Positions 35,353-48,046 of a stretch of 64,000 nucleotides of DNA are shown here, one piece after another; positions within the stretch are counted from its first letter, which is position 1; every line of letters begins with the position of its first letter. Source of the stretch: Penicillus capitatus (lineage: Eukaryota > Plantae > Chlorophyta); the NCBI GenBank assembly GCA_965649825.1, contig OZ287700.1, positions 1,426,001 to 1,490,000 on the forward strand, written 5' to 3'. The position numbers and the translations under genes were made by a program. Under the pieces are notes generated by a model. The model saw only the letters and a list, made by a program, of their open reading frames with translations. It searched no databases and was not told the origin of the DNA.

Positions 35353-35564
35353 AAGAAAGAGCATGCAAACAGCAGCCTCGTTAGACCATCGGACTATGAA
35401 AGAGCACCCACAGCGGGAACGAGCAATCTCGGACAAATCAACAATTCTAGTTCTACAAACAATCCCCAATTGACAAAGACACTTCCCTTGTAGCTCCTCA
35501 CAGGAACCGGGTCATATGCCCCAGGCGGTACCCCCTGTGTTGTAACCCAATTCATCATCATCAT

Positions 35565-35577
35565 CATCGAGGGGGCG
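35565..35577 (+). repeat. 3' target-site duplication CATCGAGGGGGCG, preceded by (CAT)4 tail
   Basis: Sequence reads ...aacccaatt-catcatcatcat-catcgagggggcg-tggaac. Confidence 0.95.
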
Positions 35578-37130
35578 TGGAACGACCAGGAGAACAAGCT
35601 CCTGATCCGTCCTTTCAACTACTATCGGATCACGAAGACGATCGGCAGGTTCAAGGGCGTGCAGAAAGAGATCTGACCGGATCAGGCCCTCATCGACGAC
35701 GACTTCAATCACAACTTCGTCCCGAATCACCGTCGCGCTCCGCAGCAGCACCTCTCGTGTGAAACGTGCGATTTCGTGCAGAGAGCAAAGCGAAGAGCTA
35801 CTGCACGTCGACGATCAACAACTACCAGGATGTGAAGTGCTCCTGCGGATCGACAGTCCTGTGGTCACGGCCTGTTCGCGAAAGGACATCCCCTTGGCAG
35901 AAAGGTTCCGCACTGTCGAGCACCATGTCCTGAACTTCGACCGTCGATTGCATCAGGTCCTTCGCTGCCGTTCCCGCCCGGTTTCCCGACACTCGATACC
36001 GTCCTGCAAGTCAGATGGCCGTTCCAACGGCGCGCGACTCAGTGTTCTGTGCAGTTGAAGTGCTGCATGATGCAAATGAAGTGCGACCGCTACGCTCGAC
36101 AGAGTGAGCGCGAGAGTCTTGTCATCGAAGTGTCCGGAGACAGCTACAACTGGCCCGGGGGTGCCAAGAAGGCGATTCTGCGACCAACCGACGGATGAAC
36201 AGATCCCCTGTTCCCTGCGACAGGTGTTTGACAGTCTCAAGGAGCAGGTGGTGTACATCGGCTACCCCTGCAAGACACGTGCCACCGTCATCGGAACCAC
36301 CGATCCATGGGCGACGTGCTACGTCCCTGGCAAGTCCCAGAGATCTCTGTACGGCGGAAACCACACGCGGGAGCATCAGATTCTCTCCACGCAGATGAAG
36401 CAGGACCTCTGGGTCGAAAGCGCGATCAACCCTGGTCGATGTGGTATCCTTCTGCACGTCATCGTCCAAGGAGACCTGAAGGAACGCGAGGTGCACTATC
36501 CTCTCCAGATTCGTCTGGAACGCCTTCGCTCGTTCGATGGTCGTGGAAATTGCTACGCAGCTGACGTTGATTTCGTCCGACGGGGGATTTCTCTCCGCCT
36601 ACCAGTGCTACTTCCCGCCCGAACAGATCGACACGATCTCCGTCGCCCAGACCTACACACGTTTTCGCTTTGGTCCCTTGGCATTGCAGTAATGTCTGTG
36701 CGGGTGTTGGAAATGAGAGCGTGCAGAACGAGATCCAGTCGTCTGTTCTGGGTCCCGTGGTTTCGGAAATGATGCTTTTGCCCGCGGACTCGGTAACTGT
36801 CAATGCCGCCTCGGCCTTGGATTCGAGCTAGACGACGTATATGGAGCTGACTCTACGCACATCCTGTAGTCTCTGCATTGACTCAGGTCTGTCTCCTACG
36901 TCTGTCTTTCCGCGTGTGCGCGGCCGCGGCGCACGTTTGTCTGAGCATCCCCGTCAATTCACGTGGCAACAGGACCATCGTCTGAAGACGTTCTCGCTTT
37001 CGTACTGCATCGTCCTGTCTTTCTTGCTCGATTAGGAATAGCACCTACGATGCCATTTCCCGACTAAAGCTTTACTTCGAAAAGACCGTCGTCATCTTAC
37101 CGTGTACGGTATTTCATCCGAGCGTGCACT

Positions 37131-37590
37131 ATGGCGCAGGCCGACGTGAGTAGACATGTGGCAAGAAGCCAAGAGAGTCGAACTCGTCGCACAGCATTCG
37201 AGATCACACCTGCAGACAACGAAGTCGTGGAAGAACGACATGAAGACAGTAGCGCTGAACCTGAACCTGAACAACCTTACACACTTCGAGCCGACAAACT
37301 GTAAAATTATTTGGGATGGTTAATACCTCGTGAGAGTTTTTAGCTTGCTCGTGACTCTGGAAGAGGAAGTCACAGAACAGGATATCGCAGAGATGTTCTC
37401 AATGGTCGGCCGAGTGAAGAATGTACACATCGACAGAGATGCAAGGTAAAAAACTCCATTCAACTTAGTATCCTGTTTGATTTGTAGTGGGAGATCATAT
37501 GGAACGGGTGCGGTGACATTCGATTGTGTCGCGGATGCGATGGCGGCCGAACGTCGTTTCTTCGGTTCCAAGTCGACTCCGAGCTTTTGA
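37131..37590 (+). CDS. Small RRM protein, ALY/REF (THOC4)-like RRM; 3' end unresolved; absent from the ORF track because its exons are short
   Basis: Splicing intron 37301..37343 and the next GTAAAA...TAG intron gives DKLLLVTLEEEVTEQDIAEMFSMVGRVKNVHIDRDASGRSYGTGAVTFDCVADAMAAERRF, which matches the ALY-type RNP1 pattern DRSGRSxGTAxVxF. Confidence 0.65.
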
Positions 37591-38225
37591 TTATGAAGAA
37601 AGCCTTTTCACAAAACTGTGTTCGAAGAACAACCGATTTCACATTATCGAGTGGAACAAGGGTAAGTAAGGTTCCTCTTTTATTTCTTGATTCTAATGAT
37701 GATTATGGAGGTCACCTTGGGAGGAGAAGCACCCATCTTTGCAGGCAGTGGTGGAAGCAGTGAATACGATAGCTACAATCTTCGAAGTAGAGATATGCTC
37801 GACGGCATGCCAGCAGATCACACTAACGACGGATCGAATAAACACCTTTGTGAGACAATATTTTTAGTAGGCTCTGTGATGTGCACTTTAATCATCACCA
37901 GAGAAATGCGGTTCCCGTGATTCTGTATTGGAGATGACGCCGTGGAAATCGTTCTCCCATAAGCAACGCGCCTCATCTTCCGTGCGGTGTTTCCGGCTGG
38001 AAGGCTCTGGGCCTCGTGGCATTGACAGATGCAGATGTTAACAAATGGTTGCGTATGAGTTCTGAGTTCAAAACGATAAGATAGCGATGTGCGAATTCCT
38101 GAATCAAAACTAAACAAATGGCACGTTGGACAAAAGATCAATAAATGTTTCCCTTGATCCACTCTCCGCAAAGAATGAATCTCCAACAGCAGACATTGTG
38201 CATCAAATCGAATTCCTTTCATACA

Positions 38226-38960
38226 TTAAGCAATGAATACGTTCGGCTGTTCTGTGTCGAAGTAGACTTGCAGAGTATCGGATTTCTCGCATTCAGAATG
38301 GTCGTCAGCGTCATCGGACGCACACGTGACGTCGCCACCAAAAACATAGACAACTCCGTCCGCATAGGCACACGTTGTTCTGAAAGTGGCGGAGAGCAGC
38401 GGAGCTCGATCAATCCAGACATCTTCAGACATACTGTACTCTTCGACATGATGTGTCGCAACTCCTGTGCGAAGCCCTGCGAACAGCAACCACATACAGA
38501 ACGACATCTCTGCCAGAAAATCGACCTCTGTTATGTGTCTCGCCCCCGACGACGAGGAGACGTTCACGTGGAAGGACGACAATGGCCTTGTCTCCACGGG
38601 TGATTTTCAGCGGAGCTCTCTCCGCCCAGACATCATCCCCCTACACAGAATTCACCAAGGTGTGTGATCGGATCTGTCGGTTGGCACTTAATGGAGAATA
38701 GAATTCGACTTCATCTCTAAAGGCTTCATTGTTCCAAGCTCCAGTCGGATCGTAGTATCCTCCCACCACGATCACTCCTCCGCCAAACGGTGCCGCTTTG
38801 CAATCGCCTCGGCGATATCGCATTGGGAAGCTTCAATTTCACCGTCAAATACATCTTTCTAATGTCATTTTATCACCTCGTATGTCCCACCTGTCTATAT
38901 CAGTCAAATCATCGGCTTCATAAATCCATCGTTTGTGTTCATCCGTGTGCGCATCGTGTG
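38226..38960 (-). CDS. Kelch-repeat protein, only about 3 C-terminal repeats found (5'-truncated or short form)
   Basis: Spliced product RRGDCKAAPFGGGVIVVGGY...DDVWAERAPLKITRGDKAIVVL...LLVVGGE...DVWIDRAPLLSATFR...VYVFGG. No upstream kelch exons or ATG found. Confidence 0.65.
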
Positions 38961-38999
38961 CTATGAGCTGACACGACCGACGCACCCAACGATGCTATC

Positions 39000-41797
39000 A
39001 TGATCTACAGTTCTCTCTTGTCGACGGATCGTCGCTTTTTCTACAGGGACGGTACTGTTCTGCCATCTCTCTGGCCGAGTCAGTGGCGTTGTCGTTCCGT
39101 GAAGAGAACAGGACCTCTGTGTCTCAACAGGACCTCTCCTACCCGACCGCTCTGCGCCACGCTCACGGCAACGTCTGGATGGACCGAGCGGACGGTGCAG
39201 ACCATCAAGACACTGGTTTCTGACGCCCTGAGTTGGTGTCAGCTGTTTCTGCCTTTGGCTCTCTACGCCGGTTTCGCATTACTCTTTCGCCCAGTCTTTG
39301 CGCGTTGTGTTCCCCCGAGTCCGTACGTTCACCAGCATCATGCTGTCTACGCCAGTGTCTCTTCATCCACCAACAGACATCAGCACAGTTGGACAGAGAT
39401 CATGCAGTATCGATTTCAAAAGGTCCGTTCCTAGGAAAGTAAAAGCAGCTTCGAGGCATGTGTGCTGGTGGTTTTTAGATCATGTCCATGCAGATGTTTG
39501 GAAAGCTCTGTGCCGTTGTTCTAGCGGCAACGCCCATTGTGGTGTTTGGAGGCATCGGTTATAAACTCGTCACAGGCCGAAAACTAAATGCAGCTCTCTT
39601 CAAGGCCTACTCCGTCATGAGCGCCATTCCAGGTTGGGAAACGCTTGTTCGTCGGCGAAATAGATGCATCGTGTGCGATGTGACAGGTGCAAGTGCTGTC
39701 GAAGCAGATAACTCGGCAGGATTGTTCCTGTGCAGTCTGATCTTCTTTGCCGGGACGTTTACCGTTGCGGTTACGCTAGGAATCATCTGCAAGGATGTCT
39801 CAACCGCCGTCGACACGGTGCGCAATGGAAACTACCAGATCATTGAGGAAGGACACATGGTCATTCTGAACATCAACGAACGCCTCAGGCCCGTTCTCTC
39901 CCAGGTCATCTTCCTTCACTTGTGCTGTCTGTTCTTATGCAGATCTTTGAGGACAGATCGCGGAGGTTTGTAAGGAACGAGGCAGTTTCCGATGTCCCAT
40001 TGTCATTTTGGATGACAAGGCAAAGGAAGAACTCGATACCATCGTCTCCCATGCCGCAGAAGGCCTCGAGCTTAACATTCTGACCCGCCATGGATGCACA
40101 CACGATATCGCAGATCTCAAAAGAGTGGCTGCCGGGAAAGCGAAATGCGTCATATGGCTCGAACCTGAAGACGACGAGGCAGATCCTTATCATCTTGTCG
40201 CCTCTCATCTGCTCGTGTAGATATCCGTTGCTGCCAGAAGAGCGGCGGCGATTGCCACTTTGAAAGCCCTTGGCTCCGGAGACGATCGTCCTGTGCGTGT
40301 GATCGTGCAGACATCCCAAGATTCGGCAAAGTCCAAGAAACAGTTAACAGACGTCTCCGTCGCTTTCCGCTACCCGCCACTCAAGGAGACAAACAAGCTC
40401 CGTGTGGTGGAAGTCTATGAGGAAGAGAATCTGGATCGGTTTCTTGCACAGTGCGCTCTGCAACCACATCTGAGCGGCATCCTGTCCGATATCTTCCAAC
40501 AGAACGAAGGAAAAGAATTCTACATCACAGCGAAGACAGACTTTGGAGGTCAGACCTACGGCAGCGCACGTCGGCATTTCTACAAAGCTGTCGTGTGCGG
40601 GATCTATTCGCCTGGGCCGAAAACCGGTCGTCTGCACGGCAGCGTCCGTCTGAATCCTCCCGACGATACCGTTCTGCGAAACGATGATGAGCTGGTTGTC
40701 TTGTGCAGTGATCTGTGGCATGCAGAGCCGGAATCCACTCCGTTGCCATCTCCCTCCCCGTGGACTGAGAATGTAGAACGGCATCACAGTGCGTGCTGCC
40801 CCGAGAACGTGGTGGTCCTGTGCTTCGGCGAAGAGGACTTCGCGGACAGCGGATTGGTCGACGCCATCGGCAGATTCGCATCGACGTCCACAAGGGTGAC
40901 CGTCGTGGCTAAGTAAAGCACCGCCCACAATGCTCGTCTTCTCCAGAGAGCACGCGCTTTAGTTCCATCGTTGAGAGGCAAGGGACCAATGGAAGATGTC
41001 ATCTGTCGTACATCGAAGGCAATCCGGCATCCTACAGGACACTGCAGCAACTCAAGAGGAAGAAGATCGATTCCGTCGTGCTGGCAGGACTCGAAGATCT
41101 GCCTCCGAAGGTCGCCGATGCTCAGGTAGACAGTCCATCTCTCTGCGAGGGAGACGAGACGCCTTCTCTGTCGTGCAGCTTCTCTCGACGCTGATTCAGA
41201 TTCAGGAAATGGCGAACGAGTGTTGGGAAGACAAGACGGGCTTCAATGTCGTCAGTCCTGTCAACTTCTCCGAAACGCAGCTCGTCGCGAAGCATCTGAT
41301 CGAAGAAGGCAACAGAACACTGCAAGTGCCCATGCATCTCGACATGATTCTGCCGAAGAATCTCTCGAGCGGCGTCCTTGTGCAAGTAAGTCCGTCAGAA
41401 CCACGGGCGCTGTCCTTCTGAGATTCCTATCAGGTTGCGGGCTATCCTCAATTGGACCTCGTTTTCAAAGAACTCCTCTGCGCAGCTGGCAGCGAAATCT
41501 ACATTCGAAACATGGATGCGTTCCAGCTCGTCGGCAGAGGTCCTGTGAAATGCTACGAAGTCGCCGACATTGCCCGACGACACAACGAGACATTCCTAGG
41601 GTACGTGCGTGCGCCGTTTTCCTCTATGGCCACTCCTTTGCCATGTCTCGTTGCGGCTTGTTGTGTGCAGTGTGCTCAAGAAGGACAATACATTCATAAC
41701 CGCCCCCGACGCCTTCAGCGAACGCGAGTACGCGGCAGATGAGAAACTCGTGGTGCTCGCCGAGAGCATGCATCCGGAGAAGCTCTCTGAAGATTGA
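39000..41797 (+). CDS. CASTOR/POLLUX-like (PEC1/2-type) cation channel with transit-peptide-like N-terminus; multi-exon
   Basis: TM-pore-TM segment (VVFGGIGY...AYSVMSAIPG...FTVAVTLGII), then RCK-like HMVILNIN and DLKRVAAGKA, FLAQCALQPHLSGIL, VCGI, LVFKELLCAAGSEIYIR and KLVVLAE. Confidence 0.82.
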
Positions 41798-42152
41798 CGG
41801 TTTCCCGATGGTTCCCTGTCCAACGATTTCTTCGATGCTTTCAGTACTATGACCCCTCGCCAACCATCATGATCGGTGCATCGTTCCATCTCGCTTTGAA
41901 AATAGACGATCTCGAGCTGCGATACAAGCCTGACCCCTGCAGCCATTGGTTGCGTGGGGGGATCAAGACGGTTACACTAGACGCCGATAACACGCCATGG
42001 CATGAGGTCCATCTATCCATCCAATCCCGTATAACCCTGAAAATCTCTGTTCTGTTAACTATCATATTTCTTTCAACCGTGTTGTCGCTTCAAGAATTTT
42101 GACGCGCTCCGTCACCGTTTAACAAGTGGAGGCTGAATCTCATCAGCATCAA

Positions 42153-44064
42153 ATGTCATTCGCGAAGTCTTTGCCCTTTTTGGTGCTCTTCGCCGTTGCC
42201 TCGGCGATGTGTGCACGCGAGGCACCAGAGGATATCGAACACGGGTTTGCTCACCACGGGAGGACAGACTCCCTTCCCGTTTCCAGGATGGACAACGGAC
42301 GTGATGCTCTTCTGGTCGTGTTCTCCTCGTCCCCGAGCAGTCGGCGACTATTACGTGAAGAAGCAAAGGTAGAGAGACATCCATCACACGTGTCGTCGAG
42401 AGAAGGAACCATCCCTGTGTGCCATGCAGACCTTGATTGAAGCGACGCTCTCAGGAGATGTCAAAGCTGTAGAGTCTGCGCTCAGAAATGAGGACACAGA
42501 CATCGAAATGGAAGAAGATAATGGAGTGCGACCGTTGATGGTTGCGGCTCTGGGAGGGAACCTAGCCATCGTTCGACTGCTGATCGAGGCCGGTGCAGAT
42601 ATGGAAGCCAGGGATGATCGGGGGTGGCGAGCACTGCATTTTGCTGCCGGCCGAGGACATGCTTACATTGCCGAGTACCTGGCAGAGCAGAAGGCAAGAA
42701 TAAACGCCAGGAACGACGAGAAGCGCACGCCTCTGATGCTGGCATCGCAGTACGGCCATCTGGCAGTCGTCGGCGCTTTGGTAGGGGCGGGAGCAGATCC
42801 AAACTTAGCGTCAGAAACAGGATTCACGGCGCTTCATCACGCCGCCTTTCGAGGACACAGGAATGTTGTGGAGTTTCTCCTGACGCTCGAGAGCGTCGTC
42901 GTCGATTCGAAGGAGGAGAACGGAGCGACGCCCCTGTACTTGGCGAGCCAAGAAGGGTTTCCGGAAATCGTCCGCCTGTTGGCCAAAGCTGGAGCGAATG
43001 TCAACAAGGCGAGAGGAGACGGATCCACCCCTCTGTTCATTGCTTCGCAGCTGGGACACCTCTCCGTCGTTCACAGCCTGATCGACGCAAAAGCGGACAT
43101 CGAAAAGAGTGAACGTCGCACTGGGGCGACGCCACTCTACATTGCATCGTACGAAGGGCACGGGTCGATCGTGGTTGCCCTCACGGAAGCCGGCGCGGAT
43201 CTCGAAGCGAAGACGTCTCGTGGAATGACACCTCTGCTCGCGGCGATTCAGCAGGGTGCTACGAACGTCGTGGTGCATCTCCTGGAGAGCGGCGCCAGTA
43301 TTGAAGCGCGTTCGAAGAACGGATGGGGTGCTTTGCATGTCGCTGCTGCGAATGGATACATCAGCATTGCGAAGCTCCTTGTCAAACGAGAGATCGACCT
43401 GGAGGCCAAAGAGAACACCGGCCGCACGGCATTGCACTTGGCAGCATCGGCCAACTGGCATCGAATGATTGCTCTGTTGCTGGACAACGGCGCTCAGATT
43501 CACGCCAGGACCGAAAAGGGAGCAACGGCCTTGCACCTCGCTGCCGTCGAAGGGAACACCGAAACGATCGACACGCTCATCGAATTCGGCGCCGATCTCG
43601 AGGCTCGGTCGGGAGATCTCCGCACGACGCCTCTCTTTCTGGCAGTGTATAACAACAACACGGCGGCCGTCAGGCTGCTGATTAAGAAGGGGGCAGATAT
43701 CGATGCCAAGAGACGCAATCGGCAGACGGCCCTCCATCTTGGCATGCTTCGTTCGATCGACGTGGATATCATCAAACTGTTGACGGACCGTGTGCTGGAT
43801 ATAGATCCCAGAGACGAAGAAGGGGATACTCCGTTGGCATACGCAGCAATTTATGGAAATGTCAAAGCGATCAAACTGTTGCTGAAACGAGGAAGTGATC
43901 CTCATCTAGTCAATAAACGAAGATTGGCACCGCGTGACCAAATCTGTGCCTGTCGCAATTTCTCAGAGAACTACGTGGCTTGCGTTGAAGAGAATTGTTC
44001 TTCGGCGGCATCGCGACGACAGATCAGACTTCTTTTTTTGAAAGCGAAGACAAGGACCGAGTAG
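42153..44064 (+). CDS. Ankyrin-repeat protein (~15 repeats) with N-terminal signal peptide and C-terminal Cys motif; 2 exons
   Basis: MSFAKSLPFLVLFAVASAMCA; in-frame intron 42369..42429 joins LLREEAK|TLIEATLSG; repeated GxTPLxxA/LH motifs; ICACRNFSENYVACVEENC. Confidence 0.88.
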
Positions 44065-44691
44065 AACACTAGAACCGCGATGCCCGGCAGATATGCATGC
44101 ACATCTGATAAACTCCTAGTCCAGTTACCGTCCAATATGAATAGCTTACTGTCGGCATGCGCTTCGGTCACTCTTGTTTTATTTATTCGACAGTCAACAA
44201 TACACGCCAAGCAATAAAATGAGAAGTTGTTCTTGTATGCAGTCTGATCCATCGATTCTCACGATGTGTTGTTTGGGACCACCACTCTTCTCTTTTCTCG
44301 AGCATCAGCTCTCGGGCTGGGCGCAGTGTGTTTCTCTATATTAGTCTTGCAGCCTTGGTGGTTTTGTTCTTAGTCTTGTTACGGTAACTGCAGGAAATAC
44401 TGAACCTTGCCTGCTCTTGATTCGACCCCGTTTTCAAATCGATCACTGTTGCTATGTAATGGCAATCGATCACCCTGACAGCGACGGCCATGTAATATCG
44501 TGGAACAAACTAGACATTGTTTTCGACGCAGACATCTCATTTCTTACATTCTTGACGTCGGCAGCCACACATTCATTAATCTTTGCTTTTCGAATTTGTA
44601 TCGTTCAAGATGGACGCAGTCGATTCTGTTGATCGCTGGCCCATTCACATACCACACAGGTGAGCGAGCACGTCTCTCACACGGATCTCGT

Positions 44692-47600
44692 TCAGAGCTT
44701 CGAGCGTTTCTGAATGGTGTAGGGCGGATCGAAGACAAGGAGGAGAACATCCTCGAGTGTGCCGGCTCTGCGGATGTCGACGGCTTTCTTGACTTCTTCC
44801 GGGATATCATGCTCGAGCTCCCCGTTGTTTCCTTCGGGTATGATGACTCTCTTGAGTCCTGCCTGCTGCGCTGCAATAAGCTTCTCCTTGAGACCACCGA
44901 TAGGCAAGACCAGGCCTCTCAGACTCAGCTCACCAGTCATTGCAGTGTCCGACCGGACGCATCGATCCGAGAACAAAGAAATCAATGCCACGGCCAAGGT
45001 AATACCTAACAGAAGAGATGGTCATCGACGAAGCATCTCGTCTAAAACGTGAAGGAACCTGCCGATGGTCCGTCTTTCTGAACGCCGCCTGATGGAAGGT
45101 GGATGTGGACGTCGCAGTTCTGAAACGCGTTTACCTCTGGGAACTTCAGTTCGGTGGCATGGGACTTTATCCATGACATCGCGATCTGGGCAGATTCCTC
45201 AAGCACTTCTCCTAGTTGTCCAGTAAGTGTCAACCTCCCTTGGTGTTCGGTATCGTGTTTTCGCGTCGTGCAGCATTCGATGTACTGAACGGAACCGCCG
45301 ACCGGAGTCCAGACCAGTCCGGCGGCGACACCTGGTTGCTCACTTGTCCATCAAATGCGAATAATGAACACCACAAACCTGCTCCCTGGAGGTGGTCTTC
45401 CGGGGAGTGAATCTGATGCTTTGGATGTCCAAGGACTGTATCGATGAGCCGTTCGTTAACAATGATTCTGTCGACGGCGCGTATCACAGCATTCGTCATT
45501 GAGATTTCATTTTCTCTCTCTTTTGGTTCACGATCAGCTGTAGAATCGTGGTTTGCCCCTCTCGTAGCTTCAGTGGCAAACATCGAGCTGAAATGCATAA
45601 CGGGAGAAAAGTTCCACTGGATGTTCGTCTCCTTTCCGAATGCTGAAATCTGTATGTAACACAGCAACGAAGTTGAATTGCGGAAACGTCCGAGTCACTC
45701 ACTCCACTCGTTGATCTTGACGACGGCGGAAGCGTTGAGACAGAACTGCTCGATGGGAGCGCCCTTTCCATCTTCTGAACGACGGCGGTCGCACAGTATC
45801 GACAGATGGAAGAGAGGCACCGTTCCAGTCCTCGGACGCCGACTTCCCTACACTGCCCAAGGTGAGCAACTCATCGGCAGCAGCGCTCGGTCAGCAGACA
45901 TGGTGTGGTTCTTGATGATGTATGCCAATCCGCTCGCTGGAAACTCTAGCTTCCCTGCCTCCACAAGTGGCTTCAGTCCATTTTCCCGGGTGACCTACGC
46001 AGAGCAGTCGAATGCGCGTTTCTTGTTCGTCGATGGAACTTTTGGAATGAGATGCTTCTCTGCGATGTCGATTTTTTCGTGAAGGGTGTAGCCACTCAAC
46101 CGTATGACCTCTAAACGATCCAACAGAGCGGCAGGGAGTTCGTTCAGCATGTTAGCCGTCGCCAGAAAAACCACACGAGACAGGTCCACAGGGACACCTG
46201 ATTGATCGGACAGTCTCCGCAAACATACATCTGCACAAGTGCGTACCCAAATAGGTGTCGGTGAAGGCATGGTTCTGCTCTGGATCCAGCACTTCGAGCA
46301 ATGCGGCGGCGGGATTGCCACGAAGATCGTGTCCCATCTTGTCCAACTCATCCAGCAGCATCACACAATCGGCAACTCCAATCTGGCACAGGCCCTAGAA
46401 TAGCCACCGTTGAGCTTCGGCTGTACACACAGGAGTCGTGAACCGATATAATGCGCCCCGGCATGGCTCCAATGTAGGTGCGCCGATGTCCACGGATCTC
46501 CGCTTCGTCGCGTACGCCGCCCAGACTCACTCGAACGTACTTCCGCCCGAGGACCTTCGCCATTCCTTGTGCCAACGAGGTCTTGCCTGAAAGGAGAGGG
46601 GTTCAGGTGACAGACATGATAGATGGTGGATATGTCACCGACTCCTGGAGGGCCAACGAAGCAGAGGATGGGACCTCGGACAGTTCCTCGACTGATTTTC
46701 TGCACGGCAACATATTCCAAGATTCTTCGTTTGGCGTTCTGCAGTCCAGAGTGTCCAGCATCGAGCTCTGTCCGTGCCCGTTCCACGTTCTCTTGGGCCT
46801 CTGGTGTCCATTGGTTGAAAGGAACGGACGCCAACGTCTCCAGATACGTCCGAGACATACCGTACGCTGGATGCACTTCGCTTGTCCTCTGGAGTTTCTT
46901 CGCCTCCTTCTGGGCAACGTCCAAAACCTAAATCCATATCCTCAATAATGCGGCTGTAGTTCACGCGGTATTCCACAATCGACAGACCTCCTTTGGAGGA
47001 TTCTTCTTCACAATCCTCTCCAGCAGTTCGGAGATGTCATCAGCGGACTGGAGCTCGAGAGAAGACACAGGCTAGATGCACACATTGCTATTTCCATTGG
47101 ACAGTACATCGGATGGTGCCTTTCTTGGTTGTTTCCGGACGGATAGTGCCTTCTCCACCAGTTCGATGGACTTCTCCACCATCTTCAAGACCATCTCCAC
47201 GCGATTCGAGACGTCCATCTCGTTCAGCAGAGATTCCTTCTCCTGCCGAGAACACGGGCATCGAGAATCTGGAGTGCTGTTTGAAAGGGCATGCTTGGAA
47301 ACTTGTGGCCAATACAGAGCCTATCGCATCGGCTGCATCATTAGCCGTCATCTGTTCTATCGTCTCCAGCATCTTGTTGGCCACCCCCTCTCTCCCTCTC
47401 ATGGACATCAGCTCCATCAACTTCCGCGTCCTTTGTCATTGAAGCCGTCTCGAGCAATGGACCGTGCGTGCTCAGAATGACACACTTTGAGATGAGTTCT
47501 TGTTTTAAGCTGTCCTTCGGAGCTTTGTTCTCGTGAGAGATTGTTCGTATTTCAGCTTTCAGGATACGGTCCTCTTCGTAGACTTGTTGCAAAGCGACCC

Positions 47601-48046
47601 GCGATTTGCCTTCCAACAGCAACGTGGCTTTCCGCATCTGCGACCAGAACGTCATTTCAACAGAACGAGCGTTCTCTTTCACGAACTCCAGGCAATCTTG
47701 AAATCTGCAGGACTTGTCCCAGCACGCCGATGCTCCCCAGGTATGGCAGAGATCTCTGCAAAGGACGAAAACGGTGAATTTAAAGACAGGCAAAGGGCAG
47801 GTAACCGTGTCCGTATTGTCGGTCTTGACTGGAAACACGGCGACAAATACGTCTTCCTGATTCTCTTGACTCAAGTGAGAGAGCAGTGCCTTGCTGAGGA
47901 TCCGCGAGAGAAGACATGATGATGGTTGGAAGGCGGAAGGATGTGCACCACCTGTGCCTCTGATCGAGGTCCAGCTGGACCGTGAGCACGGCAAAGGGCA
48001 GCAGAATATCGTCGTGCAGTGGCAACAGACAATAGCGCTCCATCAT
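44692..48046 (-). CDS. LONP2: Peroxisomal Lon protease 2; multi-exon
   Basis: Lon N-domain ([10 protein letters not shown]), [53 protein letters not shown] and C-terminal PTS1 SKL. Confidence 0.93.

Larger units (their letters stand above)
30340..35564 (+). mobile_element. Intact APE-RT non-LTR retrotransposon (LINE), 5225 bp, I/R1/Tad/Jockey-group-like
   Basis: Two intact ORFs, (CAT)n 3' tail and flanking 13-bp direct repeat. Removing the element plus one repeat restores the sequence seen at 56411..56440. Confidence 0.95.
29965..36847 (+). pseudogene. Decayed partial duplicate of the XRN1-like gene, interrupted by a LINE
   Basis: 29965..~30090 matches 54246..~54377; ~30094..30339 matches ~56190..56434; 35565..36847 matches 56422..57705. 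Start ATG lost (gtccaatgg became gtccagtag), ~1.8-kb internal deletion, TGG to TGA at 35674, premature TAG near 36829, 3' part missing. Confidence 0.9.

Noticed and set aside
36916-36934. GC-rich inverted repeat GTGCGC-7nt-GCGCAC near the pseudogene's 3' breakpoint
   Set aside because: A 6-bp stem is expected by chance; no partner terminal repeat at the other end of the duplication.
42811-43905. 364-aa antisense ORF over the ankyrin gene; likewise 28421..29728, 28989..30065, 18446..19252 and 55458..56372
   Set aside because: Shadow ORFs opposite well-supported genes in GC-rich or repetitive coding DNA; no motifs of their own.
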